Of a stretch of DNA of 64,000 bases, positions 1 through 10,813 are shown piece after piece (position 1 is the first letter of the stretch; every line of letters starts with the position of its first letter). Location: positions 27,147-91,146 of the forward strand of contig JAZQIM010000012.1 in assembly GCA_045541115.1 (NCBI GenBank), read 5' to 3'. Source of the stretch: Candidatus Aphodoplasma sp. GTDB lineage: Bacteria; Bacillota; Clostridia; UBA1381; UMGS1253. The notes beneath the pieces are model-generated. The model saw only the letters and a list, made by a program, of their open reading frames with translations. It made no database searches and had not been told where the DNA came from. The position numbers were made by a program, and so were the translations under genes.

Positions 1-1830
1 AATTTCTATGCCGATAAATATTTAAAGGGTGAGTATGAAATTCAAAATCCGAATGGGGATTTGAGTACGGGATACGATCTATCAATTACACCCGTATTCT
101 TCCTTCTTTATAATGACCCTGAACTCGAAGGAGAAACGGATAAGAGCGCGCTTCCGCTTACGAAATATTTTGGCTCGCCGAGCGGTACAATGATCGCACG
201 CACAGGCTGGGATTCACAGTGGAATACACCTGGCACGACGACAAATGATGATGTGGTTGCATTTATGAAGATTGGCGAGCGTTGGGGTGGTATGGACCAT
301 TATCATCCAGATGCAGGAACGTTCCAGCTCTACTATAAAGGAATACTTGCAAGCGAGTCCGGTTACTACGAACTGTACGGAACGTCGCACGACAGAGGAT
401 ACAATAAATCGACGGTTGCACACAACACGCTCACAATACACGACCCACAGGAAGTTACGCATACATACTCGGGTACAGACAACTCGGGCAGAACAGTAAA
501 TTATAAACTAAATGACGGCGGTCAAAGACAGTTCACATCGATAGATTTGAAAAGCGATGAACAGCAAACGGGCGTTGTGCTTGATTATGCATTTGGCCCT
601 GATGAAAATGAGCCGGAATATTCGTATATAAGAGGCGATATCACAAATGCTTATGGCGGACATACGGAAAACGGAGTGATAGTGCCGAAAGTTTCAAATG
701 TTGTTCGCTCAATGGTATTTATGCCACTTGAAGATAGCGATTATCCTGCTATGATGGTAATAATGGATAAGGTAACATCGACAGATGCAAGCTTTAAGAA
801 AAAATGGCTCTTACACACACAAACCGAGCCGCAAATTTCATCAGACGGCAAAACAACCATCGTAAAGGATGAAAGAAGCATACAGCTTGATGGTTCGAGT
901 GCTACATATGATTATAACGGCAAGCTTACAATCCAGACGATGCTTCCGGAAAATCCGCAAATTGAAAAGGTTGGAGGAGAAGGAAAACGCTATTGGGTTA
1001 ACCTTACAGGTTCGGATACAAGTGCAGGAGTAAACTTCGATACAAAGACAGCTGTTAGCGAAAACGATCCGATTGAAGCAGGTTGGGGCAGAATTGAGAT
1101 AAGCCCATCGACGCCGAGCCTTGAGGACAAATTTTTAAATGTATTGGCTGTATCCGATGCTGACAGCACTGCCGCAGTACTTGAATCAGAGCTTATTGAC
1201 GGCGAAAACCTTATTGGTGTAAAAACATCAAATAAGGTAATTATGTTTGCCGATATGGCTGATCCTGCAAATAGCGTACAAAGAGAGCAAACGAAGCAGA
1301 GAGTGACGCAGAATGCATCGTTTACTGTTCCGGGCAATGCGGGCGAAAATGTCGACATACTTGTTGCCGGTGTAAAAGCAGGTGTGTGGAGCGTGTCTGA
1401 TGGAACTACAACAAGAACTATCAAGGCAGGAGAAAATGAAGCTGTACTGTATTTTACAGGAAAAGCAGCAACGACATATACACTTACTTACGGTCAGCAG
1501 GCATATAGCGTAAAAATAGCTGATACAAGAATAGAGGATAATGCTGCAAACGCAACAAAGAAAGTAGCTGTTGATGTAGAATGCAGTAGTGCATCTGCAC
1601 CTGTGGGAAAAATTACGATGTTTGCGACAGATGAGGACGGAAATGTAATTTCCGCACAGAGCAAAGCTTTTTCAGCTGCAGGTACATATAATTTTACAAT
1701 CAATAAATCACTAATGCCCGATAATGCTAAAAAGGTAAATATAAAGATATATATCTGGGATAGCTTTTTCGGAATGAAGCCTTTGGCATCTGATGCAAAG
1801 ACGTTTGTAACTAAAAATGGTACGAACTGA
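1..1830 (+). CDS. Heparinase II/III-family polysaccharide lyase, 5'-truncated by window edge
   Basis: Frame 1 is open from base 1. Heparinase II-type motifs ARTGW, H-x-H-x-DAGTFQLYYKG, HNTL, WLLHTQ and GWGRIEISP; extra C-terminal domain. Confidence 0.8.
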   Translation, partial: NFYADKYLKGEYEIQNPNGDLSTGYDLSITPVFFLLYNDPELEGETDKSALPLTKYFGSPSGTMIARTGWDSQWNTPGTTTNDDVVAFMKIGERWGGMDHYHPDAGTFQLYYKGILASESGYYELYGTSHDRGYNKSTVAHNTLTIHDPQEVTHTYSGTDNSGRTVNYKLNDGGQRQFTSIDLKSDEQQTGVVLDYAFGPDENEPEYSYIRGDITNAYGGHTENGVIVPKVSNVVRSMVFMPLEDSDYPAMMVIMDKVTSTDASFKKKWLLHTQTEPQISSDGKTTIVKDERSIQLDGSSATYDYNGKLTIQTMLPENPQIEKVGGEGKRYWVNLTGSDTSAGVNFDTKTAVSENDPIEAGWGRIEISPSTPSLEDKFLNVLAVSDADSTAAVLESELIDGENLIGVKTSNKVIMFADMADPANSVQREQTKQRVTQNASFTVPGNAGENVDILVAGVKAGVWSVSDGTTTRTIKAGENEAVLYFTGKAATTYTLTYGQQAYSVKIADTRIEDNAANATKKVAVDVECSSASAPVGKITMFATDEDGNVISAQSKAFSAAGTYNFTINKSLMPDNAKKVNIKIYIWDSFFGMKPLASDAKTFVTKNGTN

Positions 1831-1876
1831 TTTTCAGTATATAAAATTGGCGGGTAATTATAATACGAAATTCATG

Positions 1877-1908
1877 CAGGGGGTTTGCACTATGATGCAA
1901 ATCCCCTG
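1877..1908 (+). terminator. Hairpin after lyase gene
   Basis: CAGGGGGTTTGCA-ctatga-TGCAAATCCCCTG; weak U-tract. Confidence 0.5.
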
Positions 1909-1945
1909 ATATGCTGTTATTTGGCAAATAAATCGAAAAAAGTGC

Positions 1946-1974
1946 TTGACATTACTTGATAAAACTGATAAAAT
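1946..1974 (+). promoter_or_regulatory. sigma-A promoter of str operon
   Basis: TTGACA-17 bp-TAAAAT with extended TG. Confidence 0.8.
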
Positions 1975-2097
1975 ACATTAGAATGGAAAAAATAATGAGG
2001 TATTTTGCCCATTTGCCGACAAGAGCGTTTGTCTGATAATTGGACAAGTGATGATTTGAAGGCATATGCAGCAGATACGGAGGTAAAGAAAACGAAA

Positions 2098-2343
2098 ATG
2101 GATAGTCACTTGCGAGACGGACATATACATGTCGGTATAAAGCAATCGAAAAGGGATTTGCAGGAGGGAAATGTGTTAAAAGCCTATGTAGCCGAAGATG
2201 CTGACCCTCACGTCACGGACGCCTTTGTTGCACAGTGCGAAGCATCGGGCGTTGAAGTAGTTTATGTTGAAAGCATGCACAGACTTGGACGCGAAGCGGG
2301 AATTGAACGCGCAGCAGCAGTCGTTGTAGAGCTTAGAAATTAA
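2098..2343 (+). CDS. L7Ae/L30e-family RNA-binding protein (YbxF-like)
   Basis: VGIKQS...AEDAD...LGREAGIERAAAVV; position upstream of rpsL; ATG 2098 follows GGAGG. Confidence 0.85.
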   Translation: MDSHLRDGHIHVGIKQSKRDLQEGNVLKAYVAEDADPHVTDAFVAQCEASGVEVVYVESMHRLGREAGIERAAAVVVELRN

Positions 2344-2411
2344 ATTGTATTGCTATAAAGGCATTTTGCTTTTATATATATTATATTTAAGGAAAGGAGG
2401 AAAAACGAGGA

Positions 2412-2828
2412 ATGCCAACATTTAACCAATTAGTAAGAAAAGGCAGACAGGACAAAAAGTTCAAGTCAAAGGCTCCGGCGCTTCAAAAGGGTCTTAACTC
2501 TTTACAGAAGAAAGCTACTGATCAAAGTGCTCCTCAAAAGCGCGGTGTATGTACTTCTGTTAGAACGCTTACACCTAAAAAGCCTAACTCGGCTTTGCGT
2601 AAGGTTGCCAGAGTACGTCTTACAAACGGCATCGAAGTAACTGCTTATATTCCGGGTATAGGACATAACTTGCAGGAGCATAGCGTTGTTCTTATCGAAG
2701 GCGGAAGAGTACGTGACCTTCCTGGTACACGTTACCACATCATTCGCGGTACACTGGATGCACAGGGCGTTGCAAATCGTATGCAGGCAAGAAGCCGCTA
2801 CGGTGCAAAGAAGCCAAAGGCGAAGTAA
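2412..2828 (+). CDS. rpsL: 30S ribosomal protein S12
   Basis: [25 protein letters not shown] motifs. Confidence 0.99.
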   Translation: MPTFNQLVRKGRQDKKFKSKAPALQKGLNSLQKKATDQSAPQKRGVCTSVRTLTPKKPNSALRKVARVRLTNGIEVTAYIPGIGHNLQEHSVVLIEGGRVRDLPGTRYHIIRGTLDAQGVANRMQARSRYGAKKPKAK

Positions 2829-3014
2829 TAAGCATGAGATGAAACATGCAGCTTTGCTAAAAATCACAAATCAAAAAAGTATTAGTGCGGCTACTAATTC
2901 AGACCTGTGCTTTTGAGCAAGGCTGTATATATAAATTGTAGATGCGCGCTGACGGCAGATAGAGATGCTGCCGAGTACCTGTGATTATGATTAATCATGA
3001 AGGAGGGAAGAAAA

Positions 3015-3485
3015 GTGCCAAGAAGAGGTTTTATAGCTAAGAGAGAGGTTTTGGCTGATCCGCTTTACAACAGCGTTGTCGTTACAAAGCTCATCAACAA
3101 CATCATGCTTGACGGTAAAAGAGGTGTTGCGCAGAGAATAGTATATGATGCGTTTGAAATCATTGCGGAGAAGACAGGCAAAGATGCTCTCGAAGTTTTC
3201 GAGCAGGCTCTCGAAAACATTATGCCTGTACTTGAAGTAAAGGCAAGACGTGTCGGTGGTGCAAACTATCAGGTTCCGATCGAGGTTCGCCCTGACAGAC
3301 GTCAAACACTCGGTCTTAGATGGCTCACTGTTTATTCAAGACAGCGTAGCGAAAGAACGATGCGTGAAAGACTTGCAAATGAGATTATGGACGCTGTAAA
3401 CGGTACAGGTGGTGCCGTTAAGAAGCGCGAAGATACTCATAAAATGGCGGAAGCAAACAAAGCATTTGCACATTTCCGTTGGTAG
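3015..3485 (+). CDS. rpsG: 30S ribosomal protein S7
   Basis: GTG start after AGGAGG; [24 protein letters not shown]. Confidence 0.99.
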   Translation: MPRRGFIAKREVLADPLYNSVVVTKLINNIMLDGKRGVAQRIVYDAFEIIAEKTGKDALEVFEQALENIMPVLEVKARRVGGANYQVPIEVRPDRRQTLGLRWLTVYSRQRSERTMRERLANEIMDAVNGTGGAVKKREDTHKMAEANKAFAHFRW

Positions 3486-3563
3486 TTTTGATATTAAACA
3501 AAAAGATATATTGTTACTAAAAATTGCGTAAGCGCTATTTTTAGGGGAAAGGAGGAAATTAGC

Positions 3564-5648
3564 TTGGCAAGAGAGTTTTCACTTGAAAAAACAAGAAATA
3601 TTGGTATAATGGCTCACATTGATGCTGGTAAAACAACGACAACAGAGCGTATTTTGTTCTATACAGGTCGTGTTCATAAAATCGGTGAAACGCACGAAGG
3701 TGCTGCAACGATGGACTGGATGGAGCAGGAGCAGGAGCGTGGTATCACAATCACATCTGCTGCTACAACGGCACAGTGGAAAAGCCACAGAATAAATATT
3801 ATTGATACTCCCGGACACGTTGACTTCACTGTTGAGGTTGAGCGTTCGTTGCGTGTACTTGACGGTTCAGTTACGGTATTTTGCGCAAAGGGCGGCGTTG
3901 AGCCACAGTCCGAAACAGTATGGAGACAGGCTGATAAATACGGAGTACCGCGTATGGCTTTCGTAAACAAGATGGATATCATGGGCGCAAACTTTTATAA
4001 TGTTGTGCAGATGATGCTTGACCGTTTAAAGTGTAATGCGGTTCCGATTCAACTTCCTATAGGTTCGGAGGCAGATTATAAGGGACATATCGACCTTATT
4101 GCCATGAAGGCGCATGTTTACTATGATGATCTTGGTAAAGATGAGCGTATAGAAGAGATTCCGGAGGATATGAAGGAAATCGCAGAAAAGTATCATGCAG
4201 AGCTTATTGAAAAGGTTGCAGAATGTGATGATGCTTTGATGGAAAAATACTTCGAAGGTGAAGAGCTTACAATCGAAGAGATTAAAAAGACAATCAGAAA
4301 AGCAACGATTGCAAACGAATTTGTTCCGGTACTTTGCGGTACAGCATATCGTAATAAGGGTGTACAGGACTTGCTTGATGCTGTAATCGATTTCATGCCG
4401 TCACCGCTTGATATTCCTGCTATTAAGGGTACTATCCCGAACACAGAGGAGGAAGATGAGCGTCCGGCTGACGATAATGCACCTTTCGGCGCATTGGCAT
4501 TTAAGATTGCTACGGACCCATTCGTAGGTAAACTTTGCTTCTTCAGAGTATATTCCGGTACACTTAATTCCGGTTCATACGTTTTAAACTCAACAAAAGG
4601 CAACAAAGAAAGAATGGGACGTATTCTTCAGATGCACGCTAACCACAGAGAAGATATCACAACGGTTTATGCCGGTGATATTGCTGCTGCAGTTGGTCTT
4701 AAGAATACTACAACAGGTGATACACTATGTGATGAGGATCATCCGATTATCCTCGAGAGCATGGAGTTCCCGGAACCTGTTATCAGAGTTGCAATCGAGC
4801 CTAAAACAAAGGCTGGTCAGGAAAAGATGGGTATTGCTCTTGCAAAACTTGCAGAAGAAGACCCGACATTCCAGACATATACAGATGAAGAAACAGGACA
4901 AACAATTATCGCCGGCATGGGCGAGCTTCACCTTGAAATTATCGTTGACAGATTGTTGCGTGAATTTAAGGTAGAGGCAAATGTTGGTAAGCCTCAGGTT
5001 TCATACAAGGAAACAATTACAAAAACTGTTGAGGTTGACCACAAGTATGCAAGACAGTCCGGTGGACGCGGTCAGTATGGTCACGTTGTTATCACAGTTG
5101 AGCCGCTTGAAGCTGGTAAAGGATATGAGTTCGTTAACGAAATCGTTGGCGGTGTTATTCCGAAGGAATATATCCCGGCTGTTGACCAGGGTATCCAGGG
5201 CGCAATGCTTTCAGGTGTATTGGCAGGATATAATGTTGTTGACGTAAGAGTAAGACTTACTTACGGTTCATACCACGAAGTCGACTCATCAGAAATGGCA
5301 TTTAAGATTGCCGGTTCAATGGCATTCAAAGAAGCTTGCCGTAAGGCAGATGCTGTATTGAAGGAGCCTGTAATGAAGGTTGTTGTAATCGTTCCTGAAG
5401 AATACATGGGCGACGTAATGGGCGATCTTAACTCAAGACGTGGTCTTATCCAGGGTATGGAAGCAAGACCGGGTGCACAGGCTATCACAGCGTTTGTACC
5501 GCTTGGCGAAATGTTTGGTTACGCAACTGAACTTCGTAGCCGTACACAGGGCCGTGGTCAGTACACTATGGAGCCGAGCCATTACGAGCAGGTTCCGAAG
5601 AGTATCCAGGAAGATATCGTATCAGCACGCGCTAAGAAGAGCGAGTAA
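3564..5648 (+). CDS. fusA: Elongation factor G
   Basis: [22 protein letters not shown]; 694 aa. Confidence 0.99.
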   Translation: MAREFSLEKTRNIGIMAHIDAGKTTTTERILFYTGRVHKIGETHEGAATMDWMEQEQERGITITSAATTAQWKSHRINIIDTPGHVDFTVEVERSLRVLDGSVTVFCAKGGVEPQSETVWRQADKYGVPRMAFVNKMDIMGANFYNVVQMMLDRLKCNAVPIQLPIGSEADYKGHIDLIAMKAHVYYDDLGKDERIEEIPEDMKEIAEKYHAELIEKVAECDDALMEKYFEGEELTIEEIKKTIRKATIANEFVPVLCGTAYRNKGVQDLLDAVIDFMPSPLDIPAIKGTIPNTEEEDERPADDNAPFGALAFKIATDPFVGKLCFFRVYSGTLNSGSYVLNSTKGNKERMGRILQMHANHREDITTVYAGDIAAAVGLKNTTTGDTLCDEDHPIILESMEFPEPVIRVAIEPKTKAGQEKMGIALAKLAEEDPTFQTYTDEETGQTIIAGMGELHLEIIVDRLLREFKVEANVGKPQVSYKETITKTVEVDHKYARQSGGRGQYGHVVITVEPLEAGKGYEFVNEIVGGVIPKEYIPAVDQGIQGAMLSGVLAGYNVVDVRVRLTYGSYHEVDSSEMAFKIAGSMAFKEACRKADAVLKEPVMKVVVIVPEEYMGDVMGDLNSRRGLIQGMEARPGAQAITAFVPLGEMFGYATELRSRTQGRGQYTMEPSHYEQVPKSIQEDIVSARAKKSE

Positions 5649-5761
5649 TACGGTTTGCAGTGGATAATTTAAATAAAATTTAAAAATACTCTTGATTTTT
5701 TTTGAGAGTATAGTAAAATAATATTAAAGTCAATTATAATACCATAAAGGAGGAAATTAAA

Positions 5762-6967
5762 ATGGCAAAGGAAAAATTTGAAAGAAATAAACCCCATGTT
5801 AACATTGGTACAATTGGTCACGTTGACCATGGTAAGACTTCGTTAACAGCTGCAATCACAAAGGTGCTTGCATTACAGGGTAAGGCTCAGTATGAAGCAT
5901 ATGACATGATCGATAAGGCTCCGGAAGAAAGAGAAAGAGGTATCACGATTTCAACAGCACACGTTGAGTACGAGACAGATACACGTCACTACGCTCACGT
6001 TGACTGCCCTGGACACGCCGACTACGTTAAGAACATGATCACAGGTGCTGCACAGATGGACGGTGCTATCCTCGTTGTATCAGCAGCAGATGGCCCGATG
6101 CCACAGACAAGAGAGCATATTCTTCTCTCCCGTCAGGTTGGCGTTCCTTACATCGTTGTATTCATGAACAAAGCTGACCAGGTTGACGATGCTGAACTTT
6201 TAGAGCTCGTTGAAATGGAAATCAGAGAGCTTCTCACAGAGTATGAATTCCCGGGTGACGATATTCCGATCGTTACAGGTTCAGCTCTTGTTGCTCTTGA
6301 GTGTTCATCAAACGATCCGAGCGCTCCAGAATATGAGTGCATTCACAAGCTAATGGCTGAGGTAGATGCTTACATTCCGACACCGGAAAGAAAGAGCGAT
6401 CTTCCGTTCCTTATGCCTATCGAGGATATCTTCTCAATCACAGGCCGTGGTACAGTTGCTACAGGTAGAGTTGAGAGAGGTCAGCTCAAGGTTTCAGAAG
6501 AAGTTGAAATCGTTGGTCTTACAGACGAGAGCAGAAAAGTTGTTGTAACAGGTATCGAAATGTTCAGAAAGCTTCTTGATTATGCTGAAGCTGGTGACAA
6601 CATCGGTGCGCTTCTCCGTGGTGTACAGAGAAACGAAATCGAAAGAGGTCAGGTTCTTGCAAAGCCAGGTACAATCAATCCTCATACAAAGTTTAAGGGT
6701 GAGGTTTATGTATTGAGCAAGGAAGAAGGCGGCCGTCATACACCGTTCTTTAACAACTATCGTCCGCAGTTCTATTTCAGAACAACAGACGTTACAGGCG
6801 TTATCTCACTTCCGGATGGTGTTGAGATGTGTATGCCTGGCGATAACGTATCAATTTCAGTAGAGCTTATTACTCCTATTGCTATTGAAGAAGGACTTCG
6901 TTTCGCTATCCGTGAAGGTGGTAGAACAGTAGGTTCAGGCGTTGTTGCTTCAGTTGATAACAACTAA
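5762..6967 (+). CDS. tuf: Elongation factor Tu
   Basis: [24 protein letters not shown]. Confidence 0.99.
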   Translation: MAKEKFERNKPHVNIGTIGHVDHGKTSLTAAITKVLALQGKAQYEAYDMIDKAPEERERGITISTAHVEYETDTRHYAHVDCPGHADYVKNMITGAAQMDGAILVVSAADGPMPQTREHILLSRQVGVPYIVVFMNKADQVDDAELLELVEMEIRELLTEYEFPGDDIPIVTGSALVALECSSNDPSAPEYECIHKLMAEVDAYIPTPERKSDLPFLMPIEDIFSITGRGTVATGRVERGQLKVSEEVEIVGLTDESRKVVVTGIEMFRKLLDYAEAGDNIGALLRGVQRNEIERGQVLAKPGTINPHTKFKGEVYVLSKEEGGRHTPFFNNYRPQFYFRTTDVTGVISLPDGVEMCMPGDNVSISVELITPIAIEEGLRFAIREGGRTVGSGVVASVDNN

Positions 6968-6980
6968 TTAAAACCAAAAC

Positions 6981-7016
6981 AAAAAATTGCCTGTGCATTT
7001 GCACAGGCAATTTTTT
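6981..7016 (+). terminator. Intrinsic terminator after tuf
   Basis: AAAAAATTGCCTGTGCA-tt-TGCACAGGCAATTTTTT. Confidence 0.9.
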
Positions 7017-7047
7017 ATGCAAATATTTTGTCGCCCATAATACAAAA

Positions 7048-7100
7048 TTCGACAAAACTAGTGAAAAATCTTCAAAGGAGAAATGATGTCAGCGTAGAAT
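7048..7100 (+). promoter_or_regulatory. Spo0A box plus sigma-H promoter of spoIIA operon
   Basis: TTCGACA (reverse complement of the 0A box TGTCGAA) at 7048-7054; AGGA(7076)-17 bp-GAAT(7097). Matches known Spo0A/SigH control of spoIIA. Confidence 0.7.
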
Positions 7101-7148
7101 AGTTATATGAGGAAAAAATGTAATTAAATATGCAGAGGAGGAAGGATA

Positions 7149-7505
7149 GTGCAACTAACTTATATAGCATCAGGCAGAACGCTTGTTGTGTCGCTTGAAG
7201 GAGAAATAGACCATCATAGCGCGCAGAAATATCGCAAAAAAATTGACGATGAATTTATCAAAACAAAGGCAATAAACATTATTTTTGATTTTTCAAAGCT
7301 TAATTTCATGGATAGCTCGGGAATAGGACTTATTATGGGGCGTTATAAGCTTATAAAGCCACTTGGAGGACGGGTAATGCTCGTTGGCGTATCGCCACAG
7401 CTTGACAGATTGATAAGCATATCCGGGATATATAAAATAGTGGGTTGGGCAAAGAGCGTAAACGAGGCTCTTACAAAAATGCAGGAAGCGAGGTTGGCAA
7501 AATGA
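7149..7505 (+). CDS. spoIIAA: Anti-sigma-F factor antagonist
   Basis: STAS domain, GEIDHH, FMDSSGIG. Confidence 0.95.
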   Translation: MQLTYIASGRTLVVSLEGEIDHHSAQKYRKKIDDEFIKTKAINIIFDFSKLNFMDSSGIGLIMGRYKLIKPLGGRVMLVGVSPQLDRLISISGIYKIVGWAKSVNEALTKMQEARLAK

Positions 7506-7927
7506 ATAATTATATGAAGCTTGAATTTGATGCACGTTCAGAAAATGAAGCATTTGCACGTGTTGCAGTTGCTGCTTTTGTATCGCAGCTTGACCCTACG
7601 CTTGAAGAAATAAGTGATATAAAAACGGCGCTGTCCGAGGCTGTAAGCAATGCAATAATCCATGGATATGAAAATGTATCAGACGCGCTTGTGACGGTTG
7701 AGTGCAGGCTTAATAATGATAAGGTTGAGATAAATGTAATAGACAGTGGCAAGGGAATTGAAGATGTGAAGCGCGCGATGGAGCCATTATATACGAGCCA
7801 TCCGGAGCTTGAGCGTTCGGGTATGGGCTTTACGGTAATGGAAACATTTATGGACAGTGTTGAGGTTGATACGCAATTAGGCATAGGAACAAGCGTGAAA
7901 ATGACAAAAAGCATACGCATGAAATAG
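7502..7927 (+). CDS. spoIIAB: Anti-sigma-F factor
   Basis: SENEAFAR, SEAVSNAIIHGY, ERSGMGFTVME; ATG overlaps spoIIAA stop. Confidence 0.97.
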   Translation: MNNYMKLEFDARSENEAFARVAVAAFVSQLDPTLEEISDIKTALSEAVSNAIIHGYENVSDALVTVECRLNNDKVEINVIDSGKGIEDVKRAMEPLYTSHPELERSGMGFTVMETFMDSVEVDTQLGIGTSVKMTKSIRMK

Positions 7928-7936
7928 CTTAATCAA

Positions 7937-8692
7937 ATGTCAGAATATAAAATGCGAGGTGAGGCTATGGATGGCGAAAAATGGGAGCAGAAAGAGCTGC
8001 TTGCACGCGCAGCAAAAGGCGATAAAGATGCCATGGATGAAATTGCATCAAGAAATCTTGGGCTTGTTCACAGTGCTGTGAAAAGGTTTGCAAATAGTCC
8101 GTATGAGAGCGAAGATTTGTTTCAGGTTGGATGTATGGGGCTTTTAAAGGCTATAAGAAAATTCGATTTATCATACGATGTGCGATTTTCTACATATGCA
8201 GTGCCGATGATAATCGGCGAGATTAAGCGCTTTTTGCGCGATGACGGTCCGATAAAGGTGAGTCGCAGTATTAAGGAACTTGGATTGAAGGCAAAGAGCG
8301 TATCTGAAATGATACAAAAGCAAACAGGAAACTCGCCGTCTGTTAGCGAGCTCGCGGCAATCTTAGGTACAAATGCAGAAAGCGTGGTACAGGCTCTTGA
8401 TGCATCGCTCATGCCTGAGTCGCTGTATGCTAATGGCACCGGGGACGATACAAATATGTTAATCGATAAATTATCATCGAAAAATGATGGTGAAACAGAA
8501 ATCGTTGACAGGATTGCGCTTTCGGAGGTTATAGGGCAGCTCGGTGCACGAGAAAGACAGATTATAATTTTCAGGTATTTTAAAAATAAAACGCAGACAC
8601 AAGTAGCAAAAATGCTTGGCATAAGTCAGGTGCAGGTATCCCGCCTTGAGAAAAAAACACTTATGCTTCTTCGTGAAAAAATGAGCGTGTAA
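7937..8692 (+). CDS. sigF: Sporulation sigma factor F
   Basis: DLFQVG, FSTYAVPMIIGEIKRFLRDDG, ISQVQVSRLEK; third gene of spoIIA. Start could be 7967. Confidence 0.95.
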   Translation: MSEYKMRGEAMDGEKWEQKELLARAAKGDKDAMDEIASRNLGLVHSAVKRFANSPYESEDLFQVGCMGLLKAIRKFDLSYDVRFSTYAVPMIIGEIKRFLRDDGPIKVSRSIKELGLKAKSVSEMIQKQTGNSPSVSELAAILGTNAESVVQALDASLMPESLYANGTGDDTNMLIDKLSSKNDGETEIVDRIALSEVIGQLGARERQIIIFRYFKNKTQTQVAKMLGISQVQVSRLEKKTLMLLREKMSV

Positions 8693-8846
8693 TCATATAT
8701 ACGATAAGAATTTACATATTATTTACTAACTGTTAATTAAAAGAATCATTTTTTATGATAAAATGGAAATATAAAATATTATTATGATATATTGTTAGGC
8801 AAAGGTCGTCGAAGGAAACTGTTTTTGCGTGTGAGGAAAAAATGTG

Positions 8847-8875
8847 TTGACTCACAGGAATGTTATTGATAAAAT
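8847..8875 (+). promoter_or_regulatory. sigma-A promoter of pgm
   Basis: TTGACT-17 bp-TAAAAT with TG. Confidence 0.65.
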
Positions 8876-8960
8876 AATATTGGTACACAGTTTGTTTAAC
8901 TTCGGCGGTTTTTGCCCATTGTAAATTGTGTATAAAAAAATATAAAGGGAAAGTGACGAT

Positions 8961-10694
8961 ATGAGAAAAACATCACAGCAATTATATAAATACTGGCTTG
9001 AAAACAATGCTATTGATGAAGATGCAAAAAAAGAGCTTCTTTCAATAGCTGATATGGCGCAGGAAATTGAGGAAAGATTTTACCGCGATTTAGAGTTTGG
9101 CACAGCAGGTATGCGCGGTATAATAGGCATAGGCACAAACCGTATGAATATATACACGGTGCGTCGTGCAACACAAGGTCTTTCTGCGTTTATAAATTCG
9201 CAAAAAACCGGCGATAAGGGTATCGTTATAGGATATGATACGAGATATTTAAGCGACGTATTTGCCAGAGAGACGGCGCGCGTTTTAGTAGCAAATGGTA
9301 TTAAGGTTTATCTTTTTAATACTTTTCATGCAGCGCCTGAAGTTTCGTTTGCAATACGTTATTATAAGGCGGCAGCAGGCGTTATGATTACGGCGAGCCA
9401 TAACCCCAAAGAGTATAATGGATACAAGGCATATGGTCCTGATGGCGCGCAGTTTGCGCCCGAGCATAGTGATGCAATTGTAGCCGAGGTAAATAACTGC
9501 GATATTTTTGATGATATTAAACTTATAGGCGACAGCGAGCTTGATTCATCTGACTTATTAGAAATGATTGGCGATGAGGTAGATGCAGCGTTTATTGATG
9601 CGGTATGTGCACAGAGCATAAATCCTGATGTAATGAAGCAGGCAGGCGACGATTTTAAATTAGTATATACGCCGTTTCATGGCACGGGACTACGTCCTGT
9701 TACGGCTGTTTTAGAGAGAATGGGAGTTAAGAATGTTATAGTTGAACCGAATCAGGCGATACCTGATCCTGCGTTTTCGACTGTGAAATCTCCAAATCCT
9801 GAAGACAAGGAAGGCTTTGCGATGGCAATTGAGCTTGCCAAAAAGCACGATGCATCGCTTATTATTGGTACAGATCCTGATGCAGACCGAGTAGGTGTTG
9901 TTGTGCGTGACAGCGAAGGGGAGTACAGGGTGCTTACGGGAAACCAGACGGGCGCGCTTTTGTGTGAATATATTTTATCTGCAAAGGCTAAAAAAGGCTT
10001 GTTGTCTGAGAAATCGACTGTTGTAAAAACGATTGTAACGTCTGATATGAGCTGTGCAATCGCAAAAAATTATGGTGCACAAGTCGTAGAAGTGCTTACA
10101 GGATTTAAATATATTGCAGAAAAAATTGCAAAGTTTGAAAATACGAATTCAAATGTGTATGAGCTTGGATTTGAAGAAAGCTACGGCTATCTGCCGGGCA
10201 CATATGCTCGCGACAAGGATTCTGTAGGAGCGGTAATGCTTATTGCAGAAATGGCAGCAGCATATCGCGCAAAGAATATGACGCTCTACGATGCGCTTAT
10301 GGAAATGTTTGAGCGTTATGGATATTATATGGAAAAGACAGTGTCAATCGTTATGCCAGGTAAAGACGGTATGCAGAAGATGGCAGAAACGATGAAAAAA
10401 ATCCGCGAGGATATGCCGGATGAAATCGGTGGTGTAGCAATTAAAACGAAGAGAGATTTTCTTTCGGGAGTTATGTATAACGAAGATAAAACGACTTCGA
10501 GCATAGGTGATTTTCCGAAAAGCGATGTGTTAAAATTCAATCTTGCTGATGACAAGACATTCGTTGCGATTCGTCCATCGGGAACAGAGCCGAAAATTAA
10601 GCTTTATATTTGTACGGCTGCTGATTCATATGCCGAAGCAGAAAGTCAGTTAAATTACATGACGGGTGCACTACGAGGCTATTTAGGAATATAA
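8961..10694 (+). CDS. pgm: Phosphoglucomutase/phosphomannomutase
   Basis: FGTAGMRG, TASHNP, DPDADR, FEESYG, RPSGTEPK. Confidence 0.95.
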   Translation: MRKTSQQLYKYWLENNAIDEDAKKELLSIADMAQEIEERFYRDLEFGTAGMRGIIGIGTNRMNIYTVRRATQGLSAFINSQKTGDKGIVIGYDTRYLSDVFARETARVLVANGIKVYLFNTFHAAPEVSFAIRYYKAAAGVMITASHNPKEYNGYKAYGPDGAQFAPEHSDAIVAEVNNCDIFDDIKLIGDSELDSSDLLEMIGDEVDAAFIDAVCAQSINPDVMKQAGDDFKLVYTPFHGTGLRPVTAVLERMGVKNVIVEPNQAIPDPAFSTVKSPNPEDKEGFAMAIELAKKHDASLIIGTDPDADRVGVVVRDSEGEYRVLTGNQTGALLCEYILSAKAKKGLLSEKSTVVKTIVTSDMSCAIAKNYGAQVVEVLTGFKYIAEKIAKFENTNSNVYELGFEESYGYLPGTYARDKDSVGAVMLIAEMAAAYRAKNMTLYDALMEMFERYGYYMEKTVSIVMPGKDGMQKMAETMKKIREDMPDEIGGVAIKTKRDFLSGVMYNEDKTTSSIGDFPKSDVLKFNLADDKTFVAIRPSGTEPKIKLYICTAADSYAEAESQLNYMTGALRGYLGI

Positions 10695-10701
10695 AACAGA
10701 T

Positions 10702-10737
10702 AAAAAGAACCCGCCGCTAATAAGCGGCGGTTTCTTT
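10702..10737. terminator. Bidirectional intrinsic terminator
   Basis: AAAAAGAACCCGCCGCT-aata-AGCGGCGGTTTCTTT. Confidence 0.85.
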
Positions 10738-10807
10738 AATAAGGGGGGGACGAAAAGGAATAAGGGGTGATTCCTTTTCTTTTGATAAAAAATGTATTTT
10801 GTGAGGT
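10702..10807 (-). ncRNA. Candidate sigF/G-dependent small RNA (CsfG-like architecture)
   Basis: Minus-strand GTATA-N15-GGACATAATG promoter, 10-bp hairpin with CACCCCUU loop, second C-rich tract, terminator; no ORF. Confidence 0.5.
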
Positions 10808-10813
10808 CAATAT

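Noticed and set aside
2005-2097. N-terminal extension of the L7Ae ORF from TTG 2005
   Set aside because: Family homology starts at Met 2098; the region reads better as a 5' UTR.
8795-8835. c-di-GMP-I riboswitch-like GGCAAA...GAA
   Set aside because: No convincing P2 stem or GCAAAG element, and it lies upstream of the pgm promoter.
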